DNA of 64,000 bases, taken from the NCBI GenBank assembly GCA_013911645.1, contig JACESV010000005.1:57677-121676 (forward strand), read 5' to 3'. This document shows positions 51,385 to 62,035 of the stretch, in pieces. Every line of letters starts with the position of its first letter. The first letter of the stretch is position 1. Origin of the DNA: Allomuricauda sp. GTDB lineage: Bacteria > Bacteroidota > Bacteroidia > Flavobacteriales > Flavobacteriaceae. The notes under the pieces are model-generated. The model was given only the letters and a program-made list of their open reading frames with translations. It was not told where the DNA came from and did not search any database. The position numbers and the translations under genes were made by a program.

Positions 51385-53511
51385 TTAAGCGGTTACTCCT
51401 TTAGCTGCTTTGATTACTTCTTCCGCAATATTGGAAGGCGTATCTGCATAGTGTGAAAATTCCATTGTGGATGTTGCCCTACCTGAAGACAAAGTCCTCA
51501 AGGAAGTTACATAACCAAACATCTCGGATAGTGGCACTTCAGCTTTGATCACCTTGGCACCTGCCCTATCTGACATACTGTTCACCTGACCTCTTCTACG
51601 GTTCAAGTCACCAACAATATCCCCCATGTTTTCTTCTGGAGTAAGCACCTCCAACTTCATGATAGGCTCCATAATTACCGCTTTTGCTTTCTTGGCCGCA
51701 ACCTTGTACCCAAGTTTAGCAGCAAGCTCGAAAGAAAGCTGGTCGGAATCCACAGGGTGGAAAGAACCATCTTTAAGAGTAATTTTCATGGAATCCATTT
51801 CGAATCCTGCCAAAGGACCATTTTTCATAGCCTCTTTGAATCCTTTCTCAACGGATGGGATAAATTCTTTAGGAATATTACCACCTTTGATCACGTTAAC
51901 AAACTCCAGTCCGGACTTACCTTCTTCAGCTGGCTCCATAGTAAATACGATATCCGCAAATTTACCACGACCACCGGTCTGCTTTTTGTATGTTTCCCTG
52001 TGATCGGCCGTTCCGGTAATAGCTTCTTTGTACTCTACCTGGGGTTGACCCTGGTTAACATCTACCTTAAACTCACGCTTTAAACGATCACAAATAATAT
52101 CCAAGTGAAGCTCGCCCATACCAGAAATAATGGTCTGACCGGATGCTTCGTCTGTTTTTACCTGGAAGGTTGGATCCTCTTCGGCCAATTTAGCCAAAGC
52201 CATACCCAATTTATCAACATCAGCTTTAGTTTTTGGCTCTACCGCGATACCGATTACCGGCTCTGGGAACTGCATACTTTCAAGAACAATTGGATGTTTT
52301 TCATCAGAAAGGGTGTCCCCAGTCTTAATATCTTTAAAACCTACTGCCGCACCAATATCTCCTGCTTCGATAAAGTCGATTGCATTTTGCTTATTGGAGT
52401 GCATTTGGTAGATACGAGAAATACGCTCTTTATTACCTGAACGATTGTTCAAAATATAAGAACCTGCGTCCAAACGACCGGAATACGCTCTAAAGAATGC
52501 CAAACGACCTACGAAAGGATCGGTTGCAATCTTGAAGGCAAGAGCGGCAAATGGCTCTTTTGGATCGGGTTTTCTTCTTTCTTCTTTCTCCGTATCTGGA
52601 TTGATACCTACAATATCATCTTTATCCAAAGGTGATGGTAAGTAACGGCAAACTGCATCCAACAAGAACTGAACTCCTTTATTTTTAAAGGAAGAACCAC
52701 AAATCATTGGAATTATAGCCCTGTCCATAACAGCAGCGCGCAAAGCGGCGTGTACCTCATCTTCAGTGATGGAATCTTCATCTTCGAAGAATTTTTCCAT
52801 CAACTCTTCATCATATTCTGCAACAGCTTCGATCAAGGCAGCTCTGTACTCCTTAACTTCAGCCTTCATTTCTTCAGGAATGTCAACAACATCAAAGGTA
52901 GAACCAAAGTTATCCTCGTGCCATACAACAGCTCTGTTCTTGGCCAAGTCAACAATACCTCTAAAGTCTGCTTCGTCACCAATTGGCAGTACAATTGGCA
53001 CCGCATTGGAACCCAACATCTCACGAACCTGCTTACACACGTTCAAGAAGTTGGAGCCTTGACGGTCCATTTTGTTTACGAAACCGATCCTTGGCACTTT
53101 ATAGTTATCGGCCAATCTCCAGTTGGTCTCGGACTGTGGCTCAACACCATCAACGGCACTGAACAAGAACACCAATCCGTCCAACACACGAAGTGAACGG
53201 TTCACCTCAACGGTAAAGTCCACGTGCCCGGGAGTGTCAATAATATTAAAGTGGTAATCTTTTGTGTCAGGTAACGGTTGTGCATTCTCCATTGGAAACT
53301 TCCATGTACAAGTGGTAGCTGCAGAGGTAATGGTAATACCACGCTCTTGCTCTTGCTCCATCCAGTCCATGGTTGCGGCACCATCGTGCACTTCACCAAT
53401 TTTATGACTCACACCTGTATAGAAAAGAATACGTTCTGTAGTAGTTGTCTTTCCAGCATCAATGTGAGCTGCAATACCTATATTCCTTGTATATTTTAAA
53501 TCTCTTCCCAT
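51385..53511 (-). CDS. fusA: elongation factor G
   Basis: [28 protein letters not shown] and GMGELHL. Confidence 0.99.
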   Translation of the reverse strand: MGRDLKYTRNIGIAAHIDAGKTTTTERILFYTGVSHKIGEVHDGAATMDWMEQEQERGITITSAATTCTWKFPMENAQPLPDTKDYHFNIIDTPGHVDFTVEVNRSLRVLDGLVFLFSAVDGVEPQSETNWRLADNYKVPRIGFVNKMDRQGSNFLNVCKQVREMLGSNAVPIVLPIGDEADFRGIVDLAKNRAVVWHEDNFGSTFDVVDIPEEMKAEVKEYRAALIEAVAEYDEELMEKFFEDEDSITEDEVHAALRAAVMDRAIIPMICGSSFKNKGVQFLLDAVCRYLPSPLDKDDIVGINPDTEKEERRKPDPKEPFAALAFKIATDPFVGRLAFFRAYSGRLDAGSYILNNRSGNKERISRIYQMHSNKQNAIDFIEAGDIGAAVGFKDIKTGDTLSDEKHPIVLESMQFPEPVIGIAVEPKTKADVDKLGMALAKLAEEDPTFQVKTDEASGQTIISGMGELHLDIICDRLKREFKVDVNQGQPQVEYKEAITGTADHRETYKKQTGGRGKFADIVFTMEPAEEGKSGLEFVNVIKGGNIPKEFIPSVEKGFKEAMKNGPLAGFEMDSMKITLKDGSFHPVDSDQLSFELAAKLGYKVAAKKAKAVIMEPIMKLEVLTPEENMGDIVGDLNRRRGQVNSMSDRAGAKVIKAEVPLSEMFGYVTSLRTLSSGRATSTMEFSHYADTPSNIAEEVIKAAKGVTA

Positions 53512-53519
53512 TGTATTGA

Positions 53520-53996
53520 TTAGAATCTAAAGTGCGAGAATGCTTTATTGGCCTCGGCCATTTTATGTGTATCTACTCTTTTCTTCACTGCAGCACCTTC
53601 TTCTTTGGCAGCCGCTAAAATCTCAGCAGCCAGTTTCTGTGCCATTGATTTCTCGTTACGCTTTCTTGAAAAGCTGATCAACCATTTCATGGCAGTGGAA
53701 ATTTTTCTATCTGGACGAATCTGCATTGGAATCTGGAATGTTGCACCACCCACTCTTCTACTACGAACTTCTACGTGGGGCATAACATTTGAAAGGGCGT
53801 CCTTCCATAGCTCCAATCCTGTTTTTTCTTCGTCAGTGTTCTTTTCGTCAACAATTTCAATTGCATCATAAAAAATCTTGAATGCAACTGATTTTTTACC
53901 GTCCCACATCATCATGTTCACGAAACGTGTAACAAGTTGATCGTTAAATTTTGGATCCGGCAATAACGGTCTCTTTTTTGCCTGTTTTTTTCTCAT
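53520..53996 (-). CDS. rpsG: 30S ribosomal protein S7
   Basis: [18 protein letters not shown] and MAEANKAF. Confidence 0.99.
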   Translation of the reverse strand: MRKKQAKKRPLLPDPKFNDQLVTRFVNMMMWDGKKSVAFKIFYDAIEIVDEKNTDEEKTGLELWKDALSNVMPHVEVRSRRVGGATFQIPMQIRPDRKISTAMKWLISFSRKRNEKSMAQKLAAEILAAAKEEGAAVKKRVDTHKMAEANKAFSHFRF

Positions 53997-54015
53997 CGCT
54001 TCTTCTTAAAAATGA

Positions 54016-54390
54016 TTAATTTTTAGGACGCTTTGCACCATACTTAGATCGTCGTTGCGTTCTTCCCGCAACACCTGCGGTATCCAATGCTCCACGAACG
54101 ATGTGATATCGCACACCAGGCAAATCCTTTACTCTCCCGCCTCTTACCAATACTATCGAGTGCTCTTGGAGGTTGTGACCTTCACCGGGGATATATGCGT
54201 TCACCTCTTTACCGTTGGTCAACCTTACCCTTGCAACTTTACGCATTGCAGAGTTTGGTTTTTTAGGTGTAGTGGTATAAACACGTGTACAAACCCCTCT
54301 TCTTTGAGGACACGAATCCAAAGCAGCCGATTTACTCTTCTTGGTAATTGTGGCCCTTCCTTTTCGTACTAATTGTGAAATTGTTGGCAT
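54016..54390 (-). CDS. rpsL: 30S ribosomal protein S12
   Basis: [17 protein letters not shown] and GRVKDLPGV. Confidence 0.99.
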   Translation of the reverse strand: MPTISQLVRKGRATITKKSKSAALDSCPQRRGVCTRVYTTTPKKPNSAMRKVARVRLTNGKEVNAYIPGEGHNLQEHSIVLVRGGRVKDLPGVRYHIVRGALDTAGVAGRTQRRSKYGAKRPKN

Positions 54391-54415
54391 TAAATTTCTT
54401 TTAAAAACTAAATAA

Positions 54416-54464
54416 CCCTCATTTTGAGGGCTGCAAATGTAGTAATTATTCCCAATAATTCAAA
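54416..54464 (-). promoter_or_regulatory. rpsL operon promoter (-33 TTTG, N19, -7 TACATTTG) and 5' hairpin
   Basis: CAAA at 54461-54464 and CAAATGTA at 54434-54441 on the plus strand; hairpin CCCTCA-TTT-TGAGGG at 54416-54430. Confidence 0.75.
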
Positions 54465-54611
54465 TCCCCAGTAATTAAATTTCAACCGGAAGTAAAAAAA
54501 TTCAAAACCAACACAGCGCAACACACCAAAAAGGACAAAAAAGGGAAAACAGAAGCATTGTATATTAAAAGACTATATATTAAGGTACACGTTGTGTATT
54601 TTGATGAAATT

Positions 54612-54728
54612 TGTCATTTTGAGCGGACTTCAAGGGAGCATGAATGAAATTTGTATCGAGAAAAAGAATTTTTACCCAAAAAGGTTCTCGACCTGCCGGC
54701 AGGTACGCTTTTTTTCCCTCAAAATTAC
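54612..54728. repeat. REP/MITE-like element with a nested 14-bp palindrome
   Basis: Terminal IRs GTCATTTTGAG/CTCAAAATTAC, internal TCGAGAA/TTCTCGA, and ACCTGCCGGCAGGT at 54691-54704. Confidence 0.65.
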
Positions 54729-55099
54729 CTGAGCCGGCACCTACAACTAAAGTTTAATGTTAAAAACCTACAATGGACATTAACGTGTAAGGGCCAAAAG
54801 TAAAAATTCACATCTTCTTAACACAACCAACAATCCACCAACCACCACACCGATTCCATTAAAACTTTCCAAAAAAAATGACTTTCACGAACTAAACCTT
54901 TCATATAAATGGGGTCTTAAAACGAATATTTACATTAAGAGCAATTACACCCCCATCAAATTATAGAGTTATCAATGAACTCTAATGATTTTGCAGTTAT
55001 CTCATTTAATGATCCTCTCTTAAAGATTTTATAAAATTAGTTTGGATTATTAACATGAAATTATGATTTTAGCGATTAGCTAATTCAAATAATTTAACA

Positions 55100-58000
55100 A
55101 TGAGAACAAAACTTAATGGATTGTTAACGCTATTATTGGCGTTTGTTGTGCATATATCCTATGCACAAGACAAGACGATTACAGGTACAGTTACGGATGC
55201 CGATGGGCTCCCGCTGCCTGGGGTCAACATTGTCGTTGAAGGGACCACAACAGGTACCCAAACAGATTTTGATGGAAATTACGCCATCAGCGCGAGCGAG
55301 GGGCAAACATTGCTTTTCACTTACATTGGGCAAAGACCCTCGACAAAAGTTGTCGGCGCTAGCAGCGTAATCAATGTTCAAATGGTGGAAGACACCCAAG
55401 CCCTTGAAGAGGTAGTTGTTACCGCACAAGGTATTAAACGTGAAAAGAAGGCCTTGGGTTATGCGGTTTCTTCTGTTGGTGAAGAAGACTTGGAACAACG
55501 TGCCGATGGTGATGTTGCCAGGGTACTTTCCGGTAAAGCTTCTGGTGTAAACATTACCGCCGCGGGTGGTATGTCCGGTTCCGGTACCAACGTTGTAATT
55601 AGGGGTTTAAGCTCCTTTAGCGGAAGTAACCAAGCGCTTTTTGTAGTGGACGGCGTTCCTTTTAGTAGCGACACTAACGCTCAGGGTAACTTCCTGGATG
55701 GAAACACAGGTTCTTCCAGATTTTTGGATTTGGACCCGAACAACATTGCCAGCGTGGAGGTACTTAAAGGTTTGGCCGCTGCCACTCTATATGGTACACA
55801 AGGTAAGAACGGTGTAATACTGATTACCACTAAAGCTGGTTCTGGTGAAGGTGGTGCCAAAAAAACAGAGATTACGGTAAACCAATCTTATTTTGTCAAT
55901 GAAATGGCATCAGTACCAGATTACCAAGATGAGTATGGTGGTGGTTTTGACCAATCTTTTGGATGGTTCTACAGTAACTGGGGACCTAAATTCGAAAGAG
56001 GTGGTGTTGCAGGATGGGGGAACCAACCTGCTATCGACGACAACGGTACGCTTCCACACCCTTATTCGACAACTGCTATTCAAGCCACAAGGGATGCCTT
56101 CCCAGAACTCCAAAATGCACGATATGACTGGAGACCTTACGATAGTGTTGAAGACTTCTTTAGTCCTGGCGGTGTAAGTAACACATCCATCAACATTAAC
56201 GGTGGAACACAGGATGGTACTACATCATTCAATGTTAACCTAGGTTACTTGAACGATGAAAGTTTTGTTCCCGGCAACGATTTACAGCGTTTTAACATCT
56301 CTGTTGGAGGTAGAACACAGCTTACCAATAAATTTACCATTAGCGCTGCAATGAACTATTCAAGAACTGACTATCGTACACCTCCCGTTGCGGCGAGTAG
56401 AGGTAATGGAACGCTAGGCTTTTCTACATTTGCTGCCGTTTTCTTTACACCTAGAAACGTGGATTTGATGGGATTACCTTACGAAAACCCCATAGATGGA
56501 TCTAGTGTGTACTATAGAAATGGTAATGATATTTTGAACCCGAGATGGACTGTAGCGAATGCGCAAAACTCTCAGTTGACCAACAGGTTCTTCTGGAATG
56601 CTTCTGCCAACTACGCACTTTCCGACAACTTGGACCTAACCTACAGAGCAGGTATGGACTTCTATACTGAAAGAAACACTCAATATTCAAATAAAGGTGG
56701 TGTTACATTCAACAATGCCATTTTCGGTTTCTTGAACACATACGATAACAACAATACCATCTGGGACCACTACTTGGCAATTAATGGTAATTATGACCTT
56801 TCTGAAAAATTGGGTATGACTTTCACTGCTGGTGCAACAACAAGATCTACCACGTTTGACCAGCAAGGGGTTCAAAGTACGGGACAGTTGGTTTATGGAG
56901 TGGTACGTCACTTTAACTATTCCAACCAATTACCTATCCAGTATACCGAAAGAAGAAACATCGCCGGTGTATTAGGTCAGGTAACTTTGGATTATGACAA
57001 CATGTTGTTCTTAACAGGTTCCACCAGAACAGACTGGGTATCTAACCTGATTACGGATAACAACAGTAAAACATACCCCAGTGGAAGTATTTCTTTCTTG
57101 CCAACGGCCGCATTCCCAGAATTGCAGTCCCAAGGAGGTCTTAACTTCTTAAAGTTGAGAGCAGGTATCGGTTCTTCCGCTACTTTTCCAACGGCTTACC
57201 CCACTGTAGGTATTGTTGAGCAAAACACACAAGTATTTGGTGAAGGTGGTGAGATTACCACAAACCAAGTTGCAAGTTTTAAAGCAAATCCAGACTTGAA
57301 GCCCGAGCTATTGTCTGAATTCGAATTAGGTTTTGAGTCCAGATTCTTCAATAGCCGAGTTTCTTTGGATTTCACATACTTTGACCGTACAACTACCGAC
57401 TTGATTGTGCGTGAACCATTATCACCATCTACAGGGTTTACCTTTACGCAGAGCAACGTTGGTAAAATCGAAGGTGATGGTATTGAAATAGATGCCTCTG
57501 TGGACTGGTTCAGAAGTGATTCTCCCGATGGGTTCAACTGGAACACTAGAGCAAACTTCTCTACGTACAAGCCTGTAGTAACAGAACAAGAGCAGGACAT
57601 TATTATTTACGCGGGTAGCTCTACCCTGTTTGTAGGTGGTAACGCAGCAATTAAAGGTAAACCTCTCGGGGCAATGGTAGGAACAGCTGTCGGCAGAGAT
57701 GCAGACGGCAACCTATTAGTGAACGATGCTGGTGATTATGTTATTGTTGAGCAGGATTTGGATGGAAATGTTCCTGTAATTGGGGATCCAAACCCAGATT
57801 ACATCATGAACATCATCAATACCATGTCCTTCAAAAATTGGAACTTCGGTTTCCAATTGAGTCATACCAAAGGGGGTGACATCATGTCAAATACAATCGC
57901 TACCCTTCTAGGTCGTGGTTTGATTACCGAAACTTTGAACAGAGAGAACACCTACATATTGCCAGGTGTATTGCAAAGTACAGGTGAAGTAAACAACAAA

Positions 58001-58324
58001 CAGACAAACAATGCGTCTTACTACTTCGATAACGTTTTGTTCGGTCCTGCCGAATTGAAAGTTTATGATGCTTCCGTAATCAGATTGCAAGAAGTTTCTT
58101 TAGGTTATTCATTCCCAAAAAAGTTTTTGGACAAGACCCCATTTGGAACTTTGACCATTACCGCCCAAGGATTCAACCTTTGGTATGATGCCTACAACAC
58201 GCCAGATAGTGCCAACTTTGATCCAAACGTTCAAGGTGCGGGAATCGGTAACGCCCAAGGATTCGATTTCATCAACGGACCTAGTGCTAGAAAATACGGT
58301 TTAAGCGTCAAAGCATCGTTTTAA
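55100..58324 (+). CDS. SusC/RagA-family TonB-dependent outer-membrane transporter
   Basis: Signal peptide, N-terminal Ig-like domain (GTVTDADGLPLPGVNI), plug signature IASVEVLKGLAAATLYG..G.NGVILITTK and C-terminal F. Confidence 0.96.
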   Translation: MRTKLNGLLTLLLAFVVHISYAQDKTITGTVTDADGLPLPGVNIVVEGTTTGTQTDFDGNYAISASEGQTLLFTYIGQRPSTKVVGASSVINVQMVEDTQALEEVVVTAQGIKREKKALGYAVSSVGEEDLEQRADGDVARVLSGKASGVNITAAGGMSGSGTNVVIRGLSSFSGSNQALFVVDGVPFSSDTNAQGNFLDGNTGSSRFLDLDPNNIASVEVLKGLAAATLYGTQGKNGVILITTKAGSGEGGAKKTEITVNQSYFVNEMASVPDYQDEYGGGFDQSFGWFYSNWGPKFERGGVAGWGNQPAIDDNGTLPHPYSTTAIQATRDAFPELQNARYDWRPYDSVEDFFSPGGVSNTSININGGTQDGTTSFNVNLGYLNDESFVPGNDLQRFNISVGGRTQLTNKFTISAAMNYSRTDYRTPPVAASRGNGTLGFSTFAAVFFTPRNVDLMGLPYENPIDGSSVYYRNGNDILNPRWTVANAQNSQLTNRFFWNASANYALSDNLDLTYRAGMDFYTERNTQYSNKGGVTFNNAIFGFLNTYDNNNTIWDHYLAINGNYDLSEKLGMTFTAGATTRSTTFDQQGVQSTGQLVYGVVRHFNYSNQLPIQYTERRNIAGVLGQVTLDYDNMLFLTGSTRTDWVSNLITDNNSKTYPSGSISFLPTAAFPELQSQGGLNFLKLRAGIGSSATFPTAYPTVGIVEQNTQVFGEGGEITTNQVASFKANPDLKPELLSEFELGFESRFFNSRVSLDFTYFDRTTTDLIVREPLSPSTGFTFTQSNVGKIEGDGIEIDASVDWFRSDSPDGFNWNTRANFSTYKPVVTEQEQDIIIYAGSSTLFVGGNAAIKGKPLGAMVGTAVGRDADGNLLVNDAGDYVIVEQDLDGNVPVIGDPNPDYIMNIINTMSFKNWNFGFQLSHTKGGDIMSNTIATLLGRGLITETLNRENTYILPGVLQSTGEVNNKQTNNASYYFDNVLFGPAELKVYDASVIRLQEVSLGYSFPKKFLDKTPFGTLTITAQGFNLWYDAYNTPDSANFDPNVQGAGIGNAQGFDFINGPSARKYGLSVKASF

Positions 58325-58345
58325 ATAAAAAATAGCTAAAATATT

Positions 58346-60070
58346 ATGAAAAATATAGGTAAATATATAACCGTTGTCTTTCTACTAGCAGGATTATTAA
58401 ATTCTTGTGAGACAACCGATCTGGACCTCCGAGTGAGTCCTAACGATCTTGCTGCCGACCAGGCAGACCCAGCATTGCTTCTGAATTCGATTCAGCTTGC
58501 CTACGCTGGCAACATTTTTGATTTCAGCATCTTGGGAGGTGAATTAACCAGGATTGAGTACATGAGCGGAAGAAACTACTTTAACAACTACCCGGGCTCT
58601 ACTCTGGACGATGTCTGGGAGAGAACCTACAGTAGCGGTTGGGGAGATGATGAAGTATATTCAACAGATTATGATTTGGGTATCTTTTCCAATGTTCAGC
58701 GATTAGAAGAAATCGACGCAACCAGCGATGTGGATTATTCCTTCCACATTGCAGTGGGCAAAACAATTCAGGCCCACATGCTTATGTTAATAACCGATTA
58801 TATTGGTTCAGCCGTTTACTCAGAAGCTGGAGACCCAGACCAGTTCCCAGCTCCTGCATTGGACGATGGAGCAGCAGTTTATGCCAGTGCATTGGCGTTG
58901 TTGGACGAAGCTGAAAGTTTGTTCGCCAAAAATCCTGGAACAGTGGGAGCTACAGACTTCTACTATGGTGGTGATTCTTCCTTGTGGATCAAAGCAGTAA
59001 ACTCGTTAAGACTAAAGGCTTATGTTACCACAGGAAACACTGCTGCTTTTGATGCTGTAATTGCTGAAAACAACTACATTGATGATGTTGAGGAAGATTT
59101 TCAATTCCAATACGGAAGCCGTGAATTGCAACCAGATACCCGTCATCCTAACTACGCTGACGATTACACGCCAAGTGGTGCCGACAATTACCGCGCCCTT
59201 TGGTTGATGCAGTATATGCAAAATGTGGACGACCCGAGATTGCGTTACTATTTCTATCGTCAAGTTGCCGAAACTCCAGGAGCTCCAGGGGTTGACCCCA
59301 ACGAGGAAACCTTGGCGTGCTCCTTGGCCGTACCTCCAATTCACTATCAAGAAAGTGAGTGGGCATACTGTAGCTTGCCCAATGGTTACTGGGGTAGACA
59401 ACACGGTAACAACGAAGGTACACCTCCAGACGGTTTCACAAGAACTGCAATCGGTGTTTACCCAGCTGCCGGTAAATTTGACGACAGTGACTTTGCTGTA
59501 GATGAAGATGATCCCAGCTATGATCCAACAGTAGGTTTGGGCAAAGGTGGTGGCGGAGCCGGTATTCAGCCCATCATCCTTTCATCCTATGTAGATTTCT
59601 GGAAAGCCGATAACGCCATGGCCAAAGGGGAATCCGATGCTGTAGTTGCGGAATTGTTTAGGTCGGCATTGAACAAATCCATGGCAAAAGTAAGACCTTT
59701 TGCTGCTTTGGATCCAACTGCCGATTTAAGTTTTGAGCCTTCAGGAACAGACGTAACAACTTGGATAGATGGTATTATTGCCGATTTCTTGGCAGCTACT
59801 GGAGATGATCAAATGAACATCTTTGCCGATCAATATTTTGTCACTCTGTATGGTGGTTCGGCCGAAGCCTACAACTATTATAGAAAAACAGGATATCCAA
59901 CGAACTTGGCCCCAAACTGGGAAGCTAATCCAGGTCCTTTCCCAAGAACCTTCCTTTACCCTCAAACCGAGGTTATCACAAATCCGAATTTGACACAAAA
60001 AACGGATATGACAGGACAGGTTTTCTGGGATACAAATCCGGCATCACCAGCATTCCCAGAAGCTCAATAA
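58346..60070 (+). CDS. SusD/RagB-family surface lipoprotein
   Basis: Lipobox LLNSC followed by acidic ETTDLD; directly after susC; YNYYRKTGYP...FPRTFLYPQTE...NPN C-terminus. Confidence 0.92.
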   Translation: MKNIGKYITVVFLLAGLLNSCETTDLDLRVSPNDLAADQADPALLLNSIQLAYAGNIFDFSILGGELTRIEYMSGRNYFNNYPGSTLDDVWERTYSSGWGDDEVYSTDYDLGIFSNVQRLEEIDATSDVDYSFHIAVGKTIQAHMLMLITDYIGSAVYSEAGDPDQFPAPALDDGAAVYASALALLDEAESLFAKNPGTVGATDFYYGGDSSLWIKAVNSLRLKAYVTTGNTAAFDAVIAENNYIDDVEEDFQFQYGSRELQPDTRHPNYADDYTPSGADNYRALWLMQYMQNVDDPRLRYYFYRQVAETPGAPGVDPNEETLACSLAVPPIHYQESEWAYCSLPNGYWGRQHGNNEGTPPDGFTRTAIGVYPAAGKFDDSDFAVDEDDPSYDPTVGLGKGGGGAGIQPIILSSYVDFWKADNAMAKGESDAVVAELFRSALNKSMAKVRPFAALDPTADLSFEPSGTDVTTWIDGIIADFLAATGDDQMNIFADQYFVTLYGGSAEAYNYYRKTGYPTNLAPNWEANPGPFPRTFLYPQTEVITNPNLTQKTDMTGQVFWDTNPASPAFPEAQ

Positions 60071-60090
60071 CATAAAAAAATTTGAAAATC

Positions 60091-60999
60091 ATGAAATTTA
60101 TAAATAAATCACTTTTAGCCGCAGCTCTAGCGCTAGTAGGATTCACATTCAATTCGTGTGATGATGGTGACGCTGTGATTGACGAAGTATTTGCCAATAC
60201 CACAAGTGGTATTGTGCTAAGAACAGTGAATGTGGAATCGGACGAACTGCCCATTGGGCAATCTGACTCCTACTTTGCTGTCGAATTAGAAATGCAGGAC
60301 GAAGAAGACGGTGCACTGGTGGAAAGCCTGGATGTATACGTTTCCTTTAAAGACAACACAATTGAAGAAGGAGGAACAGATTTTAGTGCTGCCGAGGTTC
60401 AAGTTGGGACCGTTTCCAGTTCTGAGTTCACTATTGGGGAATATGGATTTCCAAGGTACTCCTATAGCATCACTCTTCCAGAAATGCTGAGCACTCTTTC
60501 GGTATCTGAATCAAATTTAGATGGAGGCGACGTATTTTCCATTCGCTTTGCAGCGAATTTAGTTGATGGAAGAACATTCTCAAACGGTCAAAATACGGAT
60601 ACCTCCACAGGATCTTTCTTTGCATCTCCGTTCCAATATAATGCAACGGTAGTTTGCCCCCCCTCCACCCCTACAGCAGGTACATGGGAGGTATACACTG
60701 CCGACTCCTATGGAGATGGATGGAACGGTGGCGTTCTAACCGTTGTTCTTGATGGAACAGATACACTTGAATTTGTAAATACGGATGGTGGTCTGCCTGA
60801 CCCAGGTCTAGTTGAACAAAGTTTCTCGTTCGAAGTTCCTGAGGGTACAGAAACAATTTCAATAGTTTATACTGGAGGAGCCTATGACTCTGAGGTAACA
60901 TTTACTGTTACTTCCGCCAATGGAAATGTTGTAATTGATGCAGGACCAGAACCTATTACGGATTTTGAATTGCTTAACTACTGCTTGAACAACTTATAG
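60091..60999 (+). CDS. surface lipoprotein, beta-rich, with C-terminal DSYGDGWNG domain
   Basis: Lipobox FNSC followed by acidic DDGD; very acidic; third gene of the susCD operon (start ATG 60091). Confidence 0.8.
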   Translation: MKFINKSLLAAALALVGFTFNSCDDGDAVIDEVFANTTSGIVLRTVNVESDELPIGQSDSYFAVELEMQDEEDGALVESLDVYVSFKDNTIEEGGTDFSAAEVQVGTVSSSEFTIGEYGFPRYSYSITLPEMLSTLSVSESNLDGGDVFSIRFAANLVDGRTFSNGQNTDTSTGSFFASPFQYNATVVCPPSTPTAGTWEVYTADSYGDGWNGGVLTVVLDGTDTLEFVNTDGGLPDPGLVEQSFSFEVPEGTETISIVYTGGAYDSEVTFTVTSANGNVVIDAGPEPITDFELLNYCLNNL

Positions 61000-61019
61000 T
61001 CCATCAAGTATTCAAACAC

Positions 61020-61056
61020 AAAAAAGCCTGGATCAATAAATCCAGGCTTTTTTTTT
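61020..61056 (+). terminator. terminator of the susCD operon
   Basis: AAAAAAGCCTGGAT-CAATAA-ATCCAGGC followed by a T9 run. Confidence 0.88.
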
Positions 61057-61136
61057 GTTCTTGATTAGAATTATCCTACGCAATTTCTTATCTTTTTAAT
61101 CACAAAAACACACACAATACATTAACATTCAATTAC

Positions 61137-61880
61137 ATGAAAAAATTCATCACACCATTACTACTATTTCTAACGGTCAATCTAATATCGGCCCAGTATG
61201 CCGGTCAAGTAGCATCGGGCAGTTCATACAACGCAGCGTCCAATGCCCTGGTCTCTAATGTCATTGGCGATATGGATGATCAATATGATCGCTTATCAAA
61301 ACAAACAGGAATTGACGATTTTGCAGGTTCCCCGTATACGAACGATACATTTGTGCAAACCCCTCTTTTTTATGGTGATGAAGGCATGGGCACCTACTAT
61401 TATAGATACAACGCTTACAACGAAGAGATTGAAATAAAAAAAACCAATTTATCAGAAGAAAAGATAGCTGCACTTACCAAAGATAAATCCATAAAAGTGA
61501 TGGTAAAGGGTAAACCTATGGGCTTTGCCACCTTTATCGACAAAAAAGGAAATACCCTGAACGGCTATCTAACCACAGTTTTAGATGGCAAAACCTACGA
61601 CCTCTACAAAAGGGTAAATGTGAAGTTTACCGAGGGACAAAAAGCACAAAACTCCTTTGTCAAAGCTGTTCCCAATAGGTTTACGCACTTTATTGAATAC
61701 TACTACCAAGAAAAAGGTGTGAACAGAATAGACGAGATCCCCTTAAAAACCAACAAAGTTGCCAAACTGTTCAAAGAGCCGTTAAGATCAGAGGTGAAAA
61801 ATTATATCAAAGACAATAATTTGGATATGAAAGATGAAGCTGACCTTATTAAGGTATTCGAGTATTTGGACAACAAATAA
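61137..61880 (+). CDS. hypothetical secreted protein
   Basis: Signal peptide MKKFITPLLLFLTVNLISA; GSPY...YRYNAYNEEIE pattern recalled from uncharacterised Flavobacteriaceae proteins. Confidence 0.75.
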   Translation: MKKFITPLLLFLTVNLISAQYAGQVASGSSYNAASNALVSNVIGDMDDQYDRLSKQTGIDDFAGSPYTNDTFVQTPLFYGDEGMGTYYYRYNAYNEEIEIKKTNLSEEKIAALTKDKSIKVMVKGKPMGFATFIDKKGNTLNGYLTTVLDGKTYDLYKRVNVKFTEGQKAQNSFVKAVPNRFTHFIEYYYQEKGVNRIDEIPLKTNKVAKLFKEPLRSEVKNYIKDNNLDMKDEADLIKVFEYLDNK

Positions 61881-61926
61881 AAACTACTCCCTTCCATACA
61901 TCTATTATAAAGGAAAAACACAACGT

Positions 61927-61953
61927 AAAAGGGCATTAAAAGATGTCCTTTTT
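61927..61953 (+). terminator. probable intrinsic terminator
   Basis: AAAAGGGCAT-TAAAAG-ATGTCCTTTTT. Confidence 0.55.
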
Positions 61954-62035
61954 CAATTTTTAAATAAATTTTGCGCAATCACTTTATACATGACCATCTT
62001 TGTTGATATTTGTATGATAAACGACGAAACACACA

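Noticed and set aside
51373-51385. No tuf after fusA; no adk or map after secY
   Set aside because: This is the normal gene order for Flavobacteriaceae, not a deletion.
54120-54270. rpsL streptomycin-resistance positions
   Set aside because: Wild-type Lys residues are present in TPKKPNS and RVKDLPG.
54641-54733. 30-codon ORF MNEICIEKKNFYPKRFSTCRQVRFFSLKIT
   Set aside because: It lies inside the repeat element and is spurious.
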